DNA of 63,794 bases, filler included, from Octopus bimaculoides (GCF_001194135.2; 8 parts of 7 records of this genome joined end to end with filler, not necessarily neighbours in it), one strand, 5' to 3'. Positions 13,611-27,124 are shown, counted from the first letter of the whole stretch. A program made the numbers and translations. Notes: generated by a model not told the origin, from the sequence alone.

Positions 13611-14128
13611 GTAATGACCCGAACAAAAGGTAAAGGGCAGACGATATATGTATGTATATACACGAGGATCAGTTAATTATGATTACATTCAACATATTCC
13701 ACTCTAAGATTCACACACTTATTGCAATGGTCCTTCAGTTTTCTAAGCCCTATAAAAGAACACGGAAGATTGGGCCTCCAACCAGGCCTTTCCTGACATC
13801 CTTAAAGCCAGGAACTTTTCAGCAGTAAGAGTAAGAGTAAGAGAAAGTGCGTAACCCACTGTTAATGTGTTGTTGCACTCACCAGTACAGGCAATGTCAA
13901 CTTGTTGAAGGGAATGAACTAATTATCAGCACAAACTTTTGATCATTATCAACAAACCATTTGTGCAGGATGTTATGCAAATAGTTACGAGCCCTCATTT
14001 GTCCACTATATATAGAAGTTAAAACGATACATAAACAAAAGTAAGCATGAGTAGTGTATTTATATGGAAAGTTGTGTATAGAAATAAAGGAATTATGAAG
14101 ACTTGATTACACAATTCATTTAGTGACT

Positions 14129-14288
14129 GTGGCTGTGTGGTAAGTAGCTTGCTTACCAACCACATGGTTCTGGGTTCAGTCCCACTACGTGACATCTTGG
14201 TCAAGTGTCTTCTACTATAGACTCGGGCCGACCAAAGATTTGTGAGTGGATTTGGTAGACGAAAACTGAAAGAAGCCCGTCGTATATA

Positions 14289-14335
<47 letters not shown>

Positions 14336-14535
14336 GTGTGTATGTTTGTGTGTCTGTGTTTTTTCCACCATCATCGCTTGACAACCGATGCTGGTGTGTT
14401 TACGTCCCCGTAACTAAGCGGTTCGGCAAAAAAGACCGATAGAATAAGTACTAGGCTTCCAGAGAATGGGTCCTGGGGTCGATTTGCTCGACTAAAGGCG
14501 GTGCTCAAGCATGGCCGCAGTCAAATGATTAAAAC
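14129..14535 (+). mobile_element. SINE group B, full length, internal (TA)/(TG)n
   Basis: Head TGGCTGTGTGGTAAG...GGGTTCAGTCCC, CORE-like ATCTTGGTCAAGTGTCTT, internal microsatellite, tail AAACAAGTAAAAGAGTAAAAGAG. Confidence 0.9.
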
Positions 14536-14771
14536 AAGTAAAAGAGTAAAAGAGTGTTATGTCTGTATATATACATAGCTCTCTGTATAAATTCACACCT
14601 CACACCTCCTAATGTTTATCTGTCTTTTTTACTTTCATCTGCCTTTAAACGAAATCGGCCTTAAAGCTGATTCCCTACAACGGAGCTACCGGCTCTGGAT
14701 TTGCAATTTAAGTTTGGAACTTATCTGAGCGCTACTTGGTGACTATTAATTCAAAGGTTACTTTTGCTTAC

Positions 14772-14840
<69 letters not shown>

Positions 14841-15319
14841 NNNNNNNNNNNNNNNNNNNNNNNNNNNNNNNNNNNNNNNNNNNNNNNNNNNNNNNNNNNN
14901 NNNNNNNNNNNNNNNNNNNNNNNNNNNNNNNNNNNNNNNNNNNNNNNNNNNNNNNNNNNNNNNNNNNNNNNNNNNNNNNNNNNNNNNNNNNNNNNNNNNN
15001 NNNNNNNNNNNNNNNNNNNNNNNNNNNNNNNNNNNNNNNNNNNNNNNNNNNNNNNNNNNNNNNNNNNNNNNNNNNNNNNNNNNNNNNNNNNNNNNNNNNN
15101 NNNNNNNNNNNNNNNNNNNNNNNNNNNNNNNNNNNNNNNNNNNNNNNNNNNNNNNNNNNNNNNNNNNNNNNNNNNNNNNNNNNNNNNNNNNNNNNNNNNN
15201 NNNNNNNNNNNNNNNNNNNNNNNNNNNNNNNNNNNNNNNNNNNNNNNNNNNNNNNNNNNNNNNNNNNNNNNNNNNNNNNNNNNNNNNNNNNNNNNNNNNN
15301 NNNNNNNNNNNNNNNNNNN

Positions 15320-15609
15320 CTTATTCTATCGGCCTCTGTTGCCGAACCGCTAAGTTACGGGGACGTAAACACACCAACATCGGTTGTGAAGCGATGTTGG
15401 GGGGACAAACACAGACACACAAATATACATACATATACATATATACGACGGGCTTCTTTCAGTTTCTGTCTACCAAATCCACTCACAAGGCTTTGGTCGG
15501 CCTGAAGCTATGGTAGAAGACACTAGCCCAATGTGCCACGCAGTGGGACTGAACTCGGAACCATATGGTTGGTAAGCAAGCTACTTACCACACAACCACT
15601 CCTGCGCCT
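15320..15609 (-). mobile_element. SINE group B, truncated by gap
   Basis: Reverse complement of the 14129 copy. Confidence 0.88.
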
Positions 15610-15619
15610 ATGACAATAT

Positions 15620-15810
15620 TGGTTTCAAATTTCGTCACAAGGCCAGCAACATCGGGGGAAGAGATAAATCGATTAGATCGATTCTAGTGTTCAATTGGTA
15701 CTTATTTTATTGATCCTGAAACGATAAGAGGTAAAGTCGACCTTGGAGCAATTTGAACTCAGAACGTAAGGACGGACGAACTGCTGACAAGTGCTGTGCC
15801 AGGCATTGCA
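15620..15810 (-). mobile_element. SINE group A
   Basis: GGTAAAGTCGACCTTGGAGCAATTTGAACTCAGAACGTAAGGACGGACGAA. Confidence 0.8.
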
Positions 15811-16296
15811 TTTTTACATACATTTTTATGTATACATTGCCAGGTACCTGTTTAGAAATGTGCGTGTATTTATATGTGTGTGTATCTGTGTGTGTGTGAA
15901 CGTGTATGTTCGTGTGTGCTTGTGCGTGTGCGTATGTGCCTAGTGGGGAGCATGGATGAACAGTTCACAACATTAAAAGTAGAAAACATATCAAACTTGG
16001 ATGAGGCACCTGAAAGCCGATACCATCCATATCCTGAAGAAAGAAATAGGTACCACCAGGAGGAACATGCTCTGTAAAACACATAAATGAAGTTACACTT
16101 AATGCTTAAATCAATGTCAGATCTGAAGTGATCGAAAAATATCTTAAATCTCTGGTGCCTCAATGGCAAAAATGCTTGTGGAACTTCTTGCCATGATGTA
16201 AGTATCTGCATTCTCACACATACAATCACAAATACACACATACACAAACACTCAACATACATATAGATAGACAGTTAGACAGACAGACAGATAGAC

Positions 16297-16363
<67 letters not shown>

Positions 16364-16603
16364 CCAATAATTTTGTGTGCATACATACATATATATATAT
16401 ATATAAGATCGGAAGAGCGNNNNNNNNNNNNNNNNNNNNNNNNNNNNNNNNNNNNNNNNNNNNNNNNNNNNNNNNNNNNNNNNNNNNNNNNNNNNNNNNN
16501 NNNNNNNNNNNNNNNNNNNNNNNNNNNNNNNTATATATATGTATCCATGCATATACTCGCATATATACATGTATTTTTATATATACTGTGTATGTATCTA
16601 CGA

Positions 16604-16636
<33 letters not shown>

Positions 16637-17299
16637 TGTATGTATGTATGTATGCATGGATGTATGTGTATATGTACATACAACAACACTCATGCACATG
16701 TAATATATAGAGCTATATAATTAGCTATATAAATATATATGTATGTGTGTGTGTGTGGATGTTTATATATACATGAATACATATATGTTATATATACATG
16801 TATAAATATTTGCATGCATTTATGTATATGTGTTGTATGTGTCTGGTTCGTGTATGTCTTTTGTGTCTATTTGTATATATATCTACTGCGGTTCTTTCAT
16901 CTCATTCGTGAGATTCAGCTTGCCAATGATTTTCACTCATATACAATTATGTATATAATTATGTACTTATTTTTCCATTTTACATATAAAAATGTAATAT
17001 ATTGCTCTACACATACATCTGAATATATATATCTGTTCATACATGAATACATACAGAAATACGTAAATTATATTTGCCTGTAGGATAATATAACACAATA
17101 GTTTAAGCTTCTATTGAAAAAGGGAAAAGAAAAACAATTCTTGTGAAACTAATTATCTAGAAATTTGATGTTTTGTTTTTCGCTTTTTTTTTTCTCTTGT
17201 TTTCATTTCTTCTTTTAAGATAGGGAAGCATGCTGAAAATACCAACGATTATTACTGCTAGCTATTGGCTCATTTGTGCTTATAGAATTGTTTCATTAT

Positions 17300-17780
17300 T
17301 AAAATGTTTTCTGTAGTTTCATGCGAAGCATTCACTGCACCAACAGGTGTACTTCTCTTTTCTTGCAATGTCTGCAATCTTGCAGTATCTGCAGAATTGC
17401 AGTATTATTTTTGGTGGCGTAGAAAGTTTATGATATATCTAATTTCCTTTGCAGTTCGGTCTCTTTTTTCTCTGCTTTCATTATGTATTTTTTCCTTTTC
17501 TATTATTTCTATCCTTTTCTATTGTTTCTGAAGAATATATGAAGTTTCTGTTGCGTTACTGAATTAAGTGTTTTTTCAAAGAATGTGTACTCTCCTGTTG
17601 CCTAATTCAGTCTCACTCTTGAAAACTTCGGCGAAAACAATAATTATGTGGCCTTTGACATCATTTAGCCTTCAGTGGCGTCTTGTCTGGAGAGTTAATA
17701 CTAAACTTCTACAGCTGTTTCTGATTCCTTCAATAGAAAGTTCTATAGGAAATTTCCTGCCAAACAACACCAACATTGAA
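17300..17780 (-). mobile_element. Possible decayed LINE (RTE-like EN-RT linker)
   Basis: Purine-rich minus strand with a weak KAEKK...TFYATKN pattern; next to a clearer RTE relic. Confidence 0.3.
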
Positions 17781-18125
17781 TGAGATGCCGTGGCTGACTT
17801 TATCCTCGATTACTTCAAATCAATTGCAGCCCAGGGTTTAATATTGCTCATGACCCATTTCATTGCTTCTGTATGTTAAGGACTCTTTTCGCTTCCACTG
17901 CAAACAAACACAGCCTAACACAAATAGCATCATTCTTCGCTCTTCTTTAAATTAGCCCTCACAATAGTTCACATGCAACCTTTTTTTGCTTTCTAAACAA
18001 AGATCTCAAAGAAAAAACATGTATCCATGAAAACGCTTTAGAAAATTAAAGATATAAAAACAACCAGCAAGACATTACCATTATTAAAAACTTAAATGTG
18101 GCAGTGAAAGTAAGGAAACTCCTTT

Positions 18126-18262
18126 AAGGCAGCCAGCTAACAAAATCGTTAGTACGCAAGGTGAAATGCTTAGCAGTATTTCGTCCGTCTTCACGTTCTG
18201 AGTTCAAATTATGCCGAGGTCGGCTTTGCCTTTCCTCTTTTCGGGGTCGATAAAATAAGTTC
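18126..18262 (+). mobile_element. SINE group A, 5' part
   Basis: GAAATGCTTAGCAGTATTTCGTCCGTC...GTTCTGAGTTCAAATT...GGGGTCGATAAAATAAG. Confidence 0.85.
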
Positions 18263-18369
18263 CAGCTAAGGAATTTGGAAGTAGAAAGTCTATGAAAAAG
18301 CATCATATATAGATGTCTGTTCATGTGCGTGTGCGGGCGCCCGTGTGTGCATGCATGCGTGGATATTCA

Positions 18370-20900
18370 ATGTTGATGACGCTCATAGCAATAGTTTAGT
18401 AATTCCACCACCGCTGCTAGGCACTTTCAATCTGCTACTGATTTCCTTTTGTGCATTTTAGCACTACACCTCTACACGAGATGTTTTTAAGAGACATATA
18501 TCGCAGTTTTGTGGCTTTCTACTGTATATTTCTACTGTTAATTACGATATACAGAAAGCCATTTTGAACTAATTCTACTTCCGTCGGATATAACGAATGT
18601 TTACCCAGCCTACCAGCTGTCCATGACATTGAGGTTATACTTTATTTATTCGTATTTCTCTTTATGATTTCCTTAGTCTAAACGAGGTCAACTACGTTTT
18701 TTTTTTATTAGCCTAATGTTGGTATTTCTGCTTTGATGGTCTTTTGTATAGCATTTATGTAAGATTTCTCGTTCAACGAAAGGTTTTCTTGGAGAAGAAG
18801 CCTTTCCTTCTTAACAACTCTACTCATTCTATAATCTGTATTGAGTACCATGTTTCGAGATATTTGCATGGTAGAACGGATAACTGAACTTACAAAGTTC
18901 AGGTTTCAACTCCATACAATAACTTCACGGACGACTAATCCGTAAATCTTGCATTTGATTCTAGTGGAAATATTATGATTGTTCCATAATCTTAAATGCA
19001 GTTGTCCAAATACTGTACTTGTCTTTGACATCCTCCTTTTTTATCTTGATGTTAATATGTTCGTCTTTTATTATTGTATTACGACTATACGTGTAGACTT
19101 GCACAGTTGTTAGATTAATTCATCTTGTGTTAACATTGGGTTTTTTATGGAATAGTACTTCTCGTTTTCATGTTTATCTTGAGATAAATAGTTTAGATGC
19201 AAGTAAAAAAAACGTATGTACGATCTTCAGTATATGCAGAATAGTATGAGCAACTAGCGCGCTGTCTTCTGTATACCGCAGTTTTCTTACGATCTGAGAA
19301 GCTCACATAATTTTTATTCTAAGATAGACGACGCTGAGGTCTACAACTAACATTTTATATAAACTCTGTCCTCAAGATGGCAGAAGGCCTCCATCAGCAT
19401 TGCTGCGAGAAACATAGAGAGAGTAAAATATTTATCTTTGTTTAACGCCTTTGCTGCAGCAAATACATCCAACGTACGTCATCTGTTGTTTAGTCTTGAT
19501 AATAGTATGCATTAAAAGACAGCGAACTGGTAGAATCGTTAGCACACCGGACGAAAACGCTTAGTGGCATTTTGTCCTTACGTTCTGAGTTCAAATTCCG
19601 CAGGTGTCAACCTTGCCTTTCATCCTTTCGATAAAAGAAGGACCAGTTGAATACCTGGATTGATGTAAATGACTTAGTCCCTCACCTGAAATTGTTGGCC
19701 TTGTGCCAAAATTTTAGACCATTATTCTTCTGTGCATAGCCTCCAAAATGGATGTGAATTCCTGATTTCCACAATAGCTATTATTGGCCGGACATACCCA
19801 TATCAAATGCTTCTGTAAAGTTATTTAACCTTACGTATAGGGACTTGTTCTATTCTAAGCTTCACCCATTGAATTGTGAAATGCAGAACACTATGTTTGC
19901 TATCCTACAATCTACTACCCTTTCTTATACAGGTTGTGAGTTTTTTTAAAAGGATATGGACGAATACCTTGCCTGCTAGTATCAAATGATACATCTTTCT
20001 ATAATTTTCAGCTTGTTATGTTTCATTTCTAGAAAATTTTCACAATATCAGCAACTTTTCCTTCTTGTGTTATTCACTTCTGCTTTAATCTATGAATCAA
20101 TTTCTAGTGACTTCCAGAAAGGCAAATCCGTCATATTTCCAGCTTTCAGTAGAACCTATCCACATCAGCGCACAGCCATTTGTCAGACAAGAGACCCTTC
20201 TCCTATTGTTAGTATACTATAGAAAGCTAAAATGTAGGTGCGCTGCTGAATACCAGTGCCGCAAGATCTTTGTCACCAGGCCTTTTGAGCATTTAATGAA
20301 CGTATTAAGTCTATACCTTCAATACTATTTGGAATCATGAAAGAATATACCACCAATTTTCTCAGGAATACCAACGTCAGCAGGAACGTGTGTAAGTTTT
20401 GACATATTATTCATCCATAGTATGAATCCAGCTTCCGAGTTCCTTCATTCACTGTCGGGATTTCCTTTCCAGGAGAGTATTGAAATTACCTAAGTAATAA
20501 AGCCGTGTTTCGCATAGGGTTATTATATCCATATATGTACTTCTCTAGTTGCATTTGCAGCCAGGCCTACTTTCCATGTCACGTGACATAACATTGATTG
20601 AGTTAACGTCCTAACATTCACTGAACTATCATTCAAAGTCTTACAAAGACAATTTTTCATTAACGATTGTAGTTATGATCACACAGTGCGGTCCTTGATG
20701 ATATAAGCCTTAACCCAACAGGAATGAAGGTGTTTCCCGATTGGATGTATATAATCATAAAGTCTGCTTGCAAGTGTCTTCTTAAAGCATAGCTAATTTT
20801 TACAAGTCGCTAACTTTTACAATATGTTAACATTTACAAGTCGCAAACATTTCCAAAGCTTTTCTCCGAAACGATCTCTCGGGAAGCAACCATGACTGTT
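18370..20900 (-). mobile_element. Heavily decayed RTE-clade LINE ORF2 (APE-RT), interrupted by a SINE
   Basis: Motifs in order on the minus strand: HPIGKHLH (~20740, HPRSKHWH-like), AGxDG-like (~20140), LAGKVFVHI (~19970), LLYGVET (~18915). Confidence 0.7.
19515..19720 (+). mobile_element. SINE group A inserted in the RTE relic
   Basis: Homology to 5001-5231. Confidence 0.85.
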
Positions 20901-21193
20901 TCTCATTAGCAAGAAAAGATCAAGATAAATGTGAGTTGTTCGTACCTTGGCTGGGAAAAATTGTTGAGAATTCTATGCAAACAATCGCCTTCATTGTGGT
21001 CTTTCAGCACGGTTTCTTTTGCCCCTTAATCTTTCACACTAACGACAACATATACACGCGGATAGTTACGTAACTTTGAAAGACAAATGTTTAACTCCCT
21101 GAGACATTACACACCAACATCTATATACTTATAAATAAACGAACATAAAATTTTCTTCTATGCTAGCATTATTTACATATGTATATATGCGTG

Positions 21194-21195
<2 letters not shown>

Positions 21196-21287
<92 letters not shown>

Positions 21288-21317
21288 GGCAGACAGACAG
21301 ACAGAAGACAGACAGAC

Positions 21318-21378
<61 letters not shown>
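21196..21378. repeat. Compound (GATA)n-(GACA)n-(GATA)n microsatellite
   Basis: Direct reading; similar GATA tracts at about 9920, 16270, 29030, 56657 and 61867. Confidence 0.95.
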
Positions 21379-21678
21379 TGAATAATGAATTACGTAACCA
21401 AACTCAAAGACTTCCATCTTCGAACGACTTCTTTCTTGAGATAGTAAATTTTGATTTGGAGAAATTTAACTATTTTTGCTGCCAGGTTGAATGACTGTAG
21501 TCAACGAGGGAGCCTTTTTTGTATAATACAAATTGCAAAATTGTTATGCATGCAAAAATTATGTTTACGTATATATACGTGTGTATAATTTTATGCACAC
21601 AAGCAGTTTTATTTGGAACAGGTATAGATAAATAGGTTTATACATGCATATGCATTTAGGATATTCTCCCGCACACAT

Positions 21679-21720
<42 letters not shown>

Positions 21721-22359
21721 GCACACATATACACTCAGTCATTCACTCGCTCACACACGTCTACGCACTCATACATACACAGTTCTGTATATGATTATAC
21801 GTGCATATGTTTAACCTCTTGTATGAGTATGTATGTATTTTTTTTTCTGCGAATACTGTATGCACACAAAATGATTTCCTTCGCCTATATACATAAATTA
21901 AATTCGGCAAGCATCACTATTTTCCTGTTAAACTATGGATTTATGTTGATAAAGTTTTGAACTACTAACAACATATGTGAAAAAAAAAAGATAAGTAATG
22001 ATATATACTTCCGAAGTAAGCAAGCGACCGATAAAAGATGATTAAGTAGAAATCATAGGTAAGCAGTAAATGAGGGGATATTAATGATCAATTTGAATCT
22101 GCGGTATTGGAAACGGAACATACTTTCTAGGGAAATATTATTCGGACGAGTGCAGTTCATTAAATATATTATACGTAGAGAGAGAGGGCATGAAGAGGGA
22201 GAAAAGAAGAGAAGTGGAGGAGATTGGGAACGAATAGAAAATTCACCAAAACTAGCGATACGAATCTTATGCATTACTTAAGAATCCTCAAGACACCGCG
22301 TTAAAATCATTAGTTTTTTAAATGAACACTCAAAGCAGACTCACACACACACACAAGCA

Positions 22360-22417
<58 letters not shown>

Positions 22418-22517
22418 NNNNNNNNNNNNNNNNNNNNNNNNNNNNNNNNNNNNNNNNNNNNTTAATTAATTAANNNNNNNNNNNNNNNNNNNNNNNNNNN
22501 NNNNNNNNNNNNNNNNN
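22418..22517. other. Artificial join N44-TTAATTAATTAA-N44 (12-mer also at 36977, 44845, 52893, 55958, 58858, 61964)
   Basis: The same 12-mer, which has stops in all six frames, is centred in a 100-bp gap seven times. Confidence 0.97.
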
Positions 22518-23704
22518 CACTACCACCGCTACTACCACCGCAACAGCAACACTACTAACACAGCACTCACTTTCGCTGAACACAATCATCAGCATCAACG
22601 ACAAAACTACCACAAGTACCACCACTACCACAAGTACCACCACCACCACCTCAGCAACACGCCCCATACTACCGCCACCGCCAATGCCATCGCCAATACC
22701 ATCGCTGCCATGTCTGCAACACCAACAACACCAACTCCCCCACGGAGGAGAAGAATTACAATAACAACAAAAACTGTTGTAAATAGATTTCTATTCTTCT
22801 TTTAGTTGTCTTTTTTTCCACACATTTCCCCACCCCACCCCACGTTATGTATTTCAAGAATTTTTCTGATGCGATGATGATTTAGCGTTGCCCGACCCTC
22901 TCCTCTTAAACCTCTGTATACACTTCACCAACCTAACACCATCACCACCACCACCACCACCATACCACACTTCAACACTGCACCCCTTCCACATCACACC
23001 ACCACTCTTTTTTTTTCTTTTCCCATGACCCTCTAGAAACATCCACGCCCAACACTTAACAGTGTTTAAGACCCAATTAATATTTAGGACCAAGAAGTTA
23101 AGCTTAACTGAAGTGGCTTTGTTTGATATCTGGGTATGTAAGATTATAAAATATGACGAGAGGTGAAGGGTGGACACTCTGTTTTATGGCGGTACCGCTG
23201 TTGTTGACGGTGGTAAAGGTAACGAGAAGGGAGCGAGGAAGGAATTCATGGAAAGGTTTGGGGGTGAGGTAGTAAGGAGGATACAAGGTTATCCTTTATA
23301 TATAATCTCTTTATATATAATCTCATAAATGTTTTGTGGTATTTAGCACTAATGAAGTACTAATTACATACAGGAGGTATGTAATATTTATTTTCTATGT
23401 ATGATATATTTATTGTTGTACCACCATCGTCACTACACCAGCCATCAGTCACACCGACACCACGAATATCGTCACTGTCAACAATGTTGTGGATACATAA
23501 CTACTTACACATGAACACACGCATATATGCTAAGGACAAATACACACAGACACACACATGTTTATGAATAAATATATATACATATATCTTCCTACGACGA
23601 ACACGCATACACGCATGAATGCATACATACACATGCACACATATACATAGTGCCTGTATTAATTGTACAGATATTATTAGACGAATGTTTTTGTATATGT
23701 GAGC

Positions 23705-23740
<36 letters not shown>

Positions 23741-23997
23741 NNNNNNNNNNNNNNNNNNNNNNNNNNNNNNNNNNNNNNNNNNNNNNNNNNNNNNNNNNNN
23801 NNNNNNNNNNNNNNNNNNNNNNNNNNNNNNNNNNNNNNNNNNNNNNNNNNNNNNNNNNNNNNNNNNNNNNNNNNNNNNNNNNNNNNNNNNNNNNNNNNNN
23901 NNNNNNNNNNNNNNNNNNNNNNNNNNNNNNNNNNNNNNNNNNNNNNNNNNNNNNNNNNNNNNNNNNNNNNNNNNNNNNNNNNNNNNNNNNNNNNNNN

Positions 23998-24048
<51 letters not shown>

Positions 24049-24050
<2 letters not shown>

Positions 24051-24180
24051 GTACAGGACGTCACCAAAGAGTAAACACCATGAAATGCGAAAGCGAACGC
24101 GTTCAATACGCAAACGAGAGAAATAAAGACCGACTCTTCGTCAGTTGTCGACTGTCTGTGTACTCCTCATTTCGAGGAAC
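24049..24180 (-). repeat. Interspersed repeat, second copy at about 52660-52845 (+)
   Basis: Shared CTCGAA...GAGGAGTA...GACAG..GACAACTGA.GAAG.G...GGTGA.GTCCTGTACC. Confidence 0.7.
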
Positions 24181-24294
24181 GTATAACAACGTGACCATAC
24201 AGTGCGTATGCGTTTAAATAAGCGTAAATAAGTTTATGCATTTCGATAATTATATACACAGCGACCACTGTTTGGCAAACAGAACCCCGAACCA

Positions 24295-24496
24295 TTTCCA
24301 TCATCATCATCATCATCCTCATCATCGCGGCCTTCCTCATCATCATTATCAACGTCATCATGATTGTCGGTTTTATTATCATTGTGGTAGTTGTCCTGTT
24401 GCCATGATTAGCAGGAGCACATATATGGCGAGGGCCATCACCGCTACTTGCCCATCGCTGCCACCCCAAACAGCAACAACAACAAAAATTATGAAT

Positions 24497-24557
<61 letters not shown>

Positions 24558-24624
24558 AACTACTACTACTACTACTACTACTACTACCACTACTACTGCT
24601 GCTGCTGCGACTGCTACAACAACA

Positions 24625-24655
<31 letters not shown>

Positions 24656-24722
24656 ACAGCAACAACAACAACCACAACTATCATCATGTTTTCGGAAGCA
24701 TCTATGCGCGCGCGCGCGCGCG
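24295..24722. repeat. (CAT)n, compound (TAC)n/(TGC)n/(CAA)n array and (CG)8
   Basis: Direct reading. Confidence 0.95.
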
Positions 24723-25529
24723 TTTTATGGACAGCAATCTTACATATCTGAAAATGAAAAGCAATTAATTCACAACGAGGGCAAACAAGACATACAACAA
24801 AAAAACAAAAACAAACAAACAAAAAAAAAAAAGAGCTCAACAACCGAAATAAACCAACGTCACTTGACCTAGAAGTACAAAACAACAATAATATTCCAAC
24901 AAACGTCGAACGAAAACCAGATTTAATATGATAGGCCTGTGCAGGGCGGTTTGTTTCTTACCGCCGTCTCACATATGCTTCCAGTTAGACATCGACTCAT
25001 AAGAATGTACTTTAGATGTTTGGCGATCTTGTGTCTTGTACATGTCACAATAAATCATATTTGCATACTAAACATACACATGTGTAGCCCTAAACCTAAC
25101 ACACGAACTCCAACATGTTTACACATTGATAACTATTTCTACATACAGACACGCCTATATTAGAAGCATTCGCGTATATACACATACATAAAATTGTAAG
25201 GTACATAACTAGGAGCAGCCGAAAAAGAAAGCAATGCTTATGTTTAGAACTAGCTATTAGTTAGAAGACATAAATATATACGTACATACATGCATACATA
25301 TATTTACATAAGTGTGTGTGTATGTGTGTAAAAAGAATGGCACTCCGTCGGTTACGACGACGGGTGTTCCAGTTGATCCGATCAACGGAACAACCTGCTC
25401 GTGAAATTAACGTGAATGTAGCTGAACACTTCGCAGACATGTGTACCTTAAGGTAGTTCCCAGTAGAGATTCAGCGTGACATAGAATGTGACAAAGCTGG
25501 CCCTTTGAAATACAGGTAATACTCATTTT

Positions 25530-26951
25530 GGATCTAGTCTTTCTCATTCGCAAAATGAGCACCCCCCACTCTTAATTTTGCTCAGATTGCTTTCAATTTT
25601 GGTGTATCGATTAAAGTTAGGAAATTTGGGTAATTTTAGCTAATCAACAGACAGCGTGGCATTAGTAGCTTGTTTTCATGACAACCTCAATGTATTGTGG
25701 TTCACTGTTGTTTGTACTGCTGTTGTCTATGTTGATTTCATCCGCGTGTTTTAATTTTTCTGTGTTAGTATATCACATATTTTTCTGTGCTTCTGTGTGT
25801 TAGTATTTTTCTATGCTTTTTTTCTATGTTAGTATTTTTACGTATTTTTATTTCATATATTTAATTAGGAATATTTCTTAAACCGTTAGCTTCACATTTC
25901 AACAACTTAACTGAAATTTAGTCCACGTAACAGGAACTGAGAGAGATATCGTGGAACAGAGAAACAGTGTGTGATACAGATTATTTGACATTATTTTTGA
26001 ATTCTGAATGGTATTCTTTTCCTTGGGACAAATCCAAGCATGAAAACGTTACTCAACTTTGGAGACAGGCCCCATTTTCACCCCGCATACGCACACATGC
26101 ACTTATATATTATTGTTGTTGTTGGCACTCCGTCACTTACGACGTCGAGGGTTCCAGTTGATCCGATCAACAGAACAGCCTGCTCGTGAAATTAACGTGT
26201 AAGTGGCTGAGCACTCCACAGACACGTGTACCCTTAACGTAGTTCTCGGGGATATTCAGCGTGACGCAATGTGACAAGGCTGACCCTTTGAATTACAGGC
26301 ACAACAGAAACAGGAAGTAAGAGCGAGAGAAAGTTGTGGTGACAGAGTACAGCAGGGTTCGCCACTATCCCCTGCCGGAGCCTCGTGGAGCTTTAGGTGT
26401 TTTCGCTCAATAAACACTCACAACGCCCGGTCTGGGAATCGAAACCGCGATCCTATGACCGCGAGTCCGCTGCCATAACTACTGGGCCATTGCGCCTCCA
26501 CACTTATATATTAACGATGTACATAAATGCATGGCAGGTATACATAATACTGAAGTACGCATAAAGTAAGCACATGCAAATATATTAATAAAACAAATTT
26601 TAAAAAATGATCAAAACATACAATCAATAAAGAGACAAAAGACACAGTAAGATGATACAAGTTGATTTTATTAGGCATTTCTATTTATTTAGAAACCTAC
26701 AATGCACATGCCAGACGTTAAACTATAAAATTCACACAGTACACACAGAAAATTCCTGTCTCACTATTGGCTAAAATACTCAGTGTTTTCGATTTTAAAC
26801 CTCTGTAACTTTTTTCTGGAATTTTTTTCTCCACAGCATCATAACTTCAAAGCAATGAGACTGAACGGCTACATTATTATAGCCGATCTTCAGATTTTTT
26901 TTTACTTCCTTTTTAAAAATACATATTTTGCAAATGAAAAAGACTAGATCC
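25530..26951. mobile_element. Non-autonomous DNA transposon with GG-ended TIRs and 8-bp TSD (Merlin-like)
   Basis: GGATCTAGTCTTTCTCATTCGCAAAAT...ATTTTGCAAATGAAAAAGACTAGATCC, flanked by CTCATTTT at 25522-25529 and 26952-26959. Confidence 0.85.
26113..26500 (-). mobile_element. Full-length SINE (group C tail, different head and body), 13-bp TSD, (CAA)n tail
   Basis: TSD CACTTATATATTA at 26100-26112 and 26501-26513; rc head GGAGGCGCAATGGCCCAG...GGTTTCGATTCCC. Confidence 0.92.
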
Positions 26952-27124
26952 CTCATTTTTACCAGCTGAGTGGACTAGAACAATGTGAAATAAAGTGTCT
27001 TGCTCAAGGACACAACGCGGCGCCGGGAATTGAACTCACGACCATACAATCTCGAGTCGAATACCCTAACCACTAAGTCACGCGGCTTCACGTGTGTGTG
27101 TATATAAGGCACGTATATGTATAT

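Larger units (their letters stand above)
25338..27090 (-). mobile_element. SINE group C (tRNA head plus CORE-like domain), split into 25338-25529 and 26952-27090
   Basis: The two parts join to match the intact copy at 37061-37384. Confidence 0.88.

Noticed and set aside
13650-14000. Mariner MITE with TIRs
   Set aside because: A partial second copy exists at about 28080-28135, but the two ends do not match convincingly as TIRs.
15940-16200. Complex segment with ORFs on both strands
   Set aside because: No recognisable family or exon boundaries.
24125-24176. Permuted hammerhead-like pieces (CTC-GAAA ... CTGACGA-A-GAG, rc), also near 52680-52735
   Set aside because: Stem I cannot pair next to the core, stem III is only about 2 bp, and the second copy lacks GAAA.
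24236-24888. Poly-L, poly-T/A or poly-S protein
   Set aside because: Trinucleotide repeats are open in all frames, and no splice context is evident.
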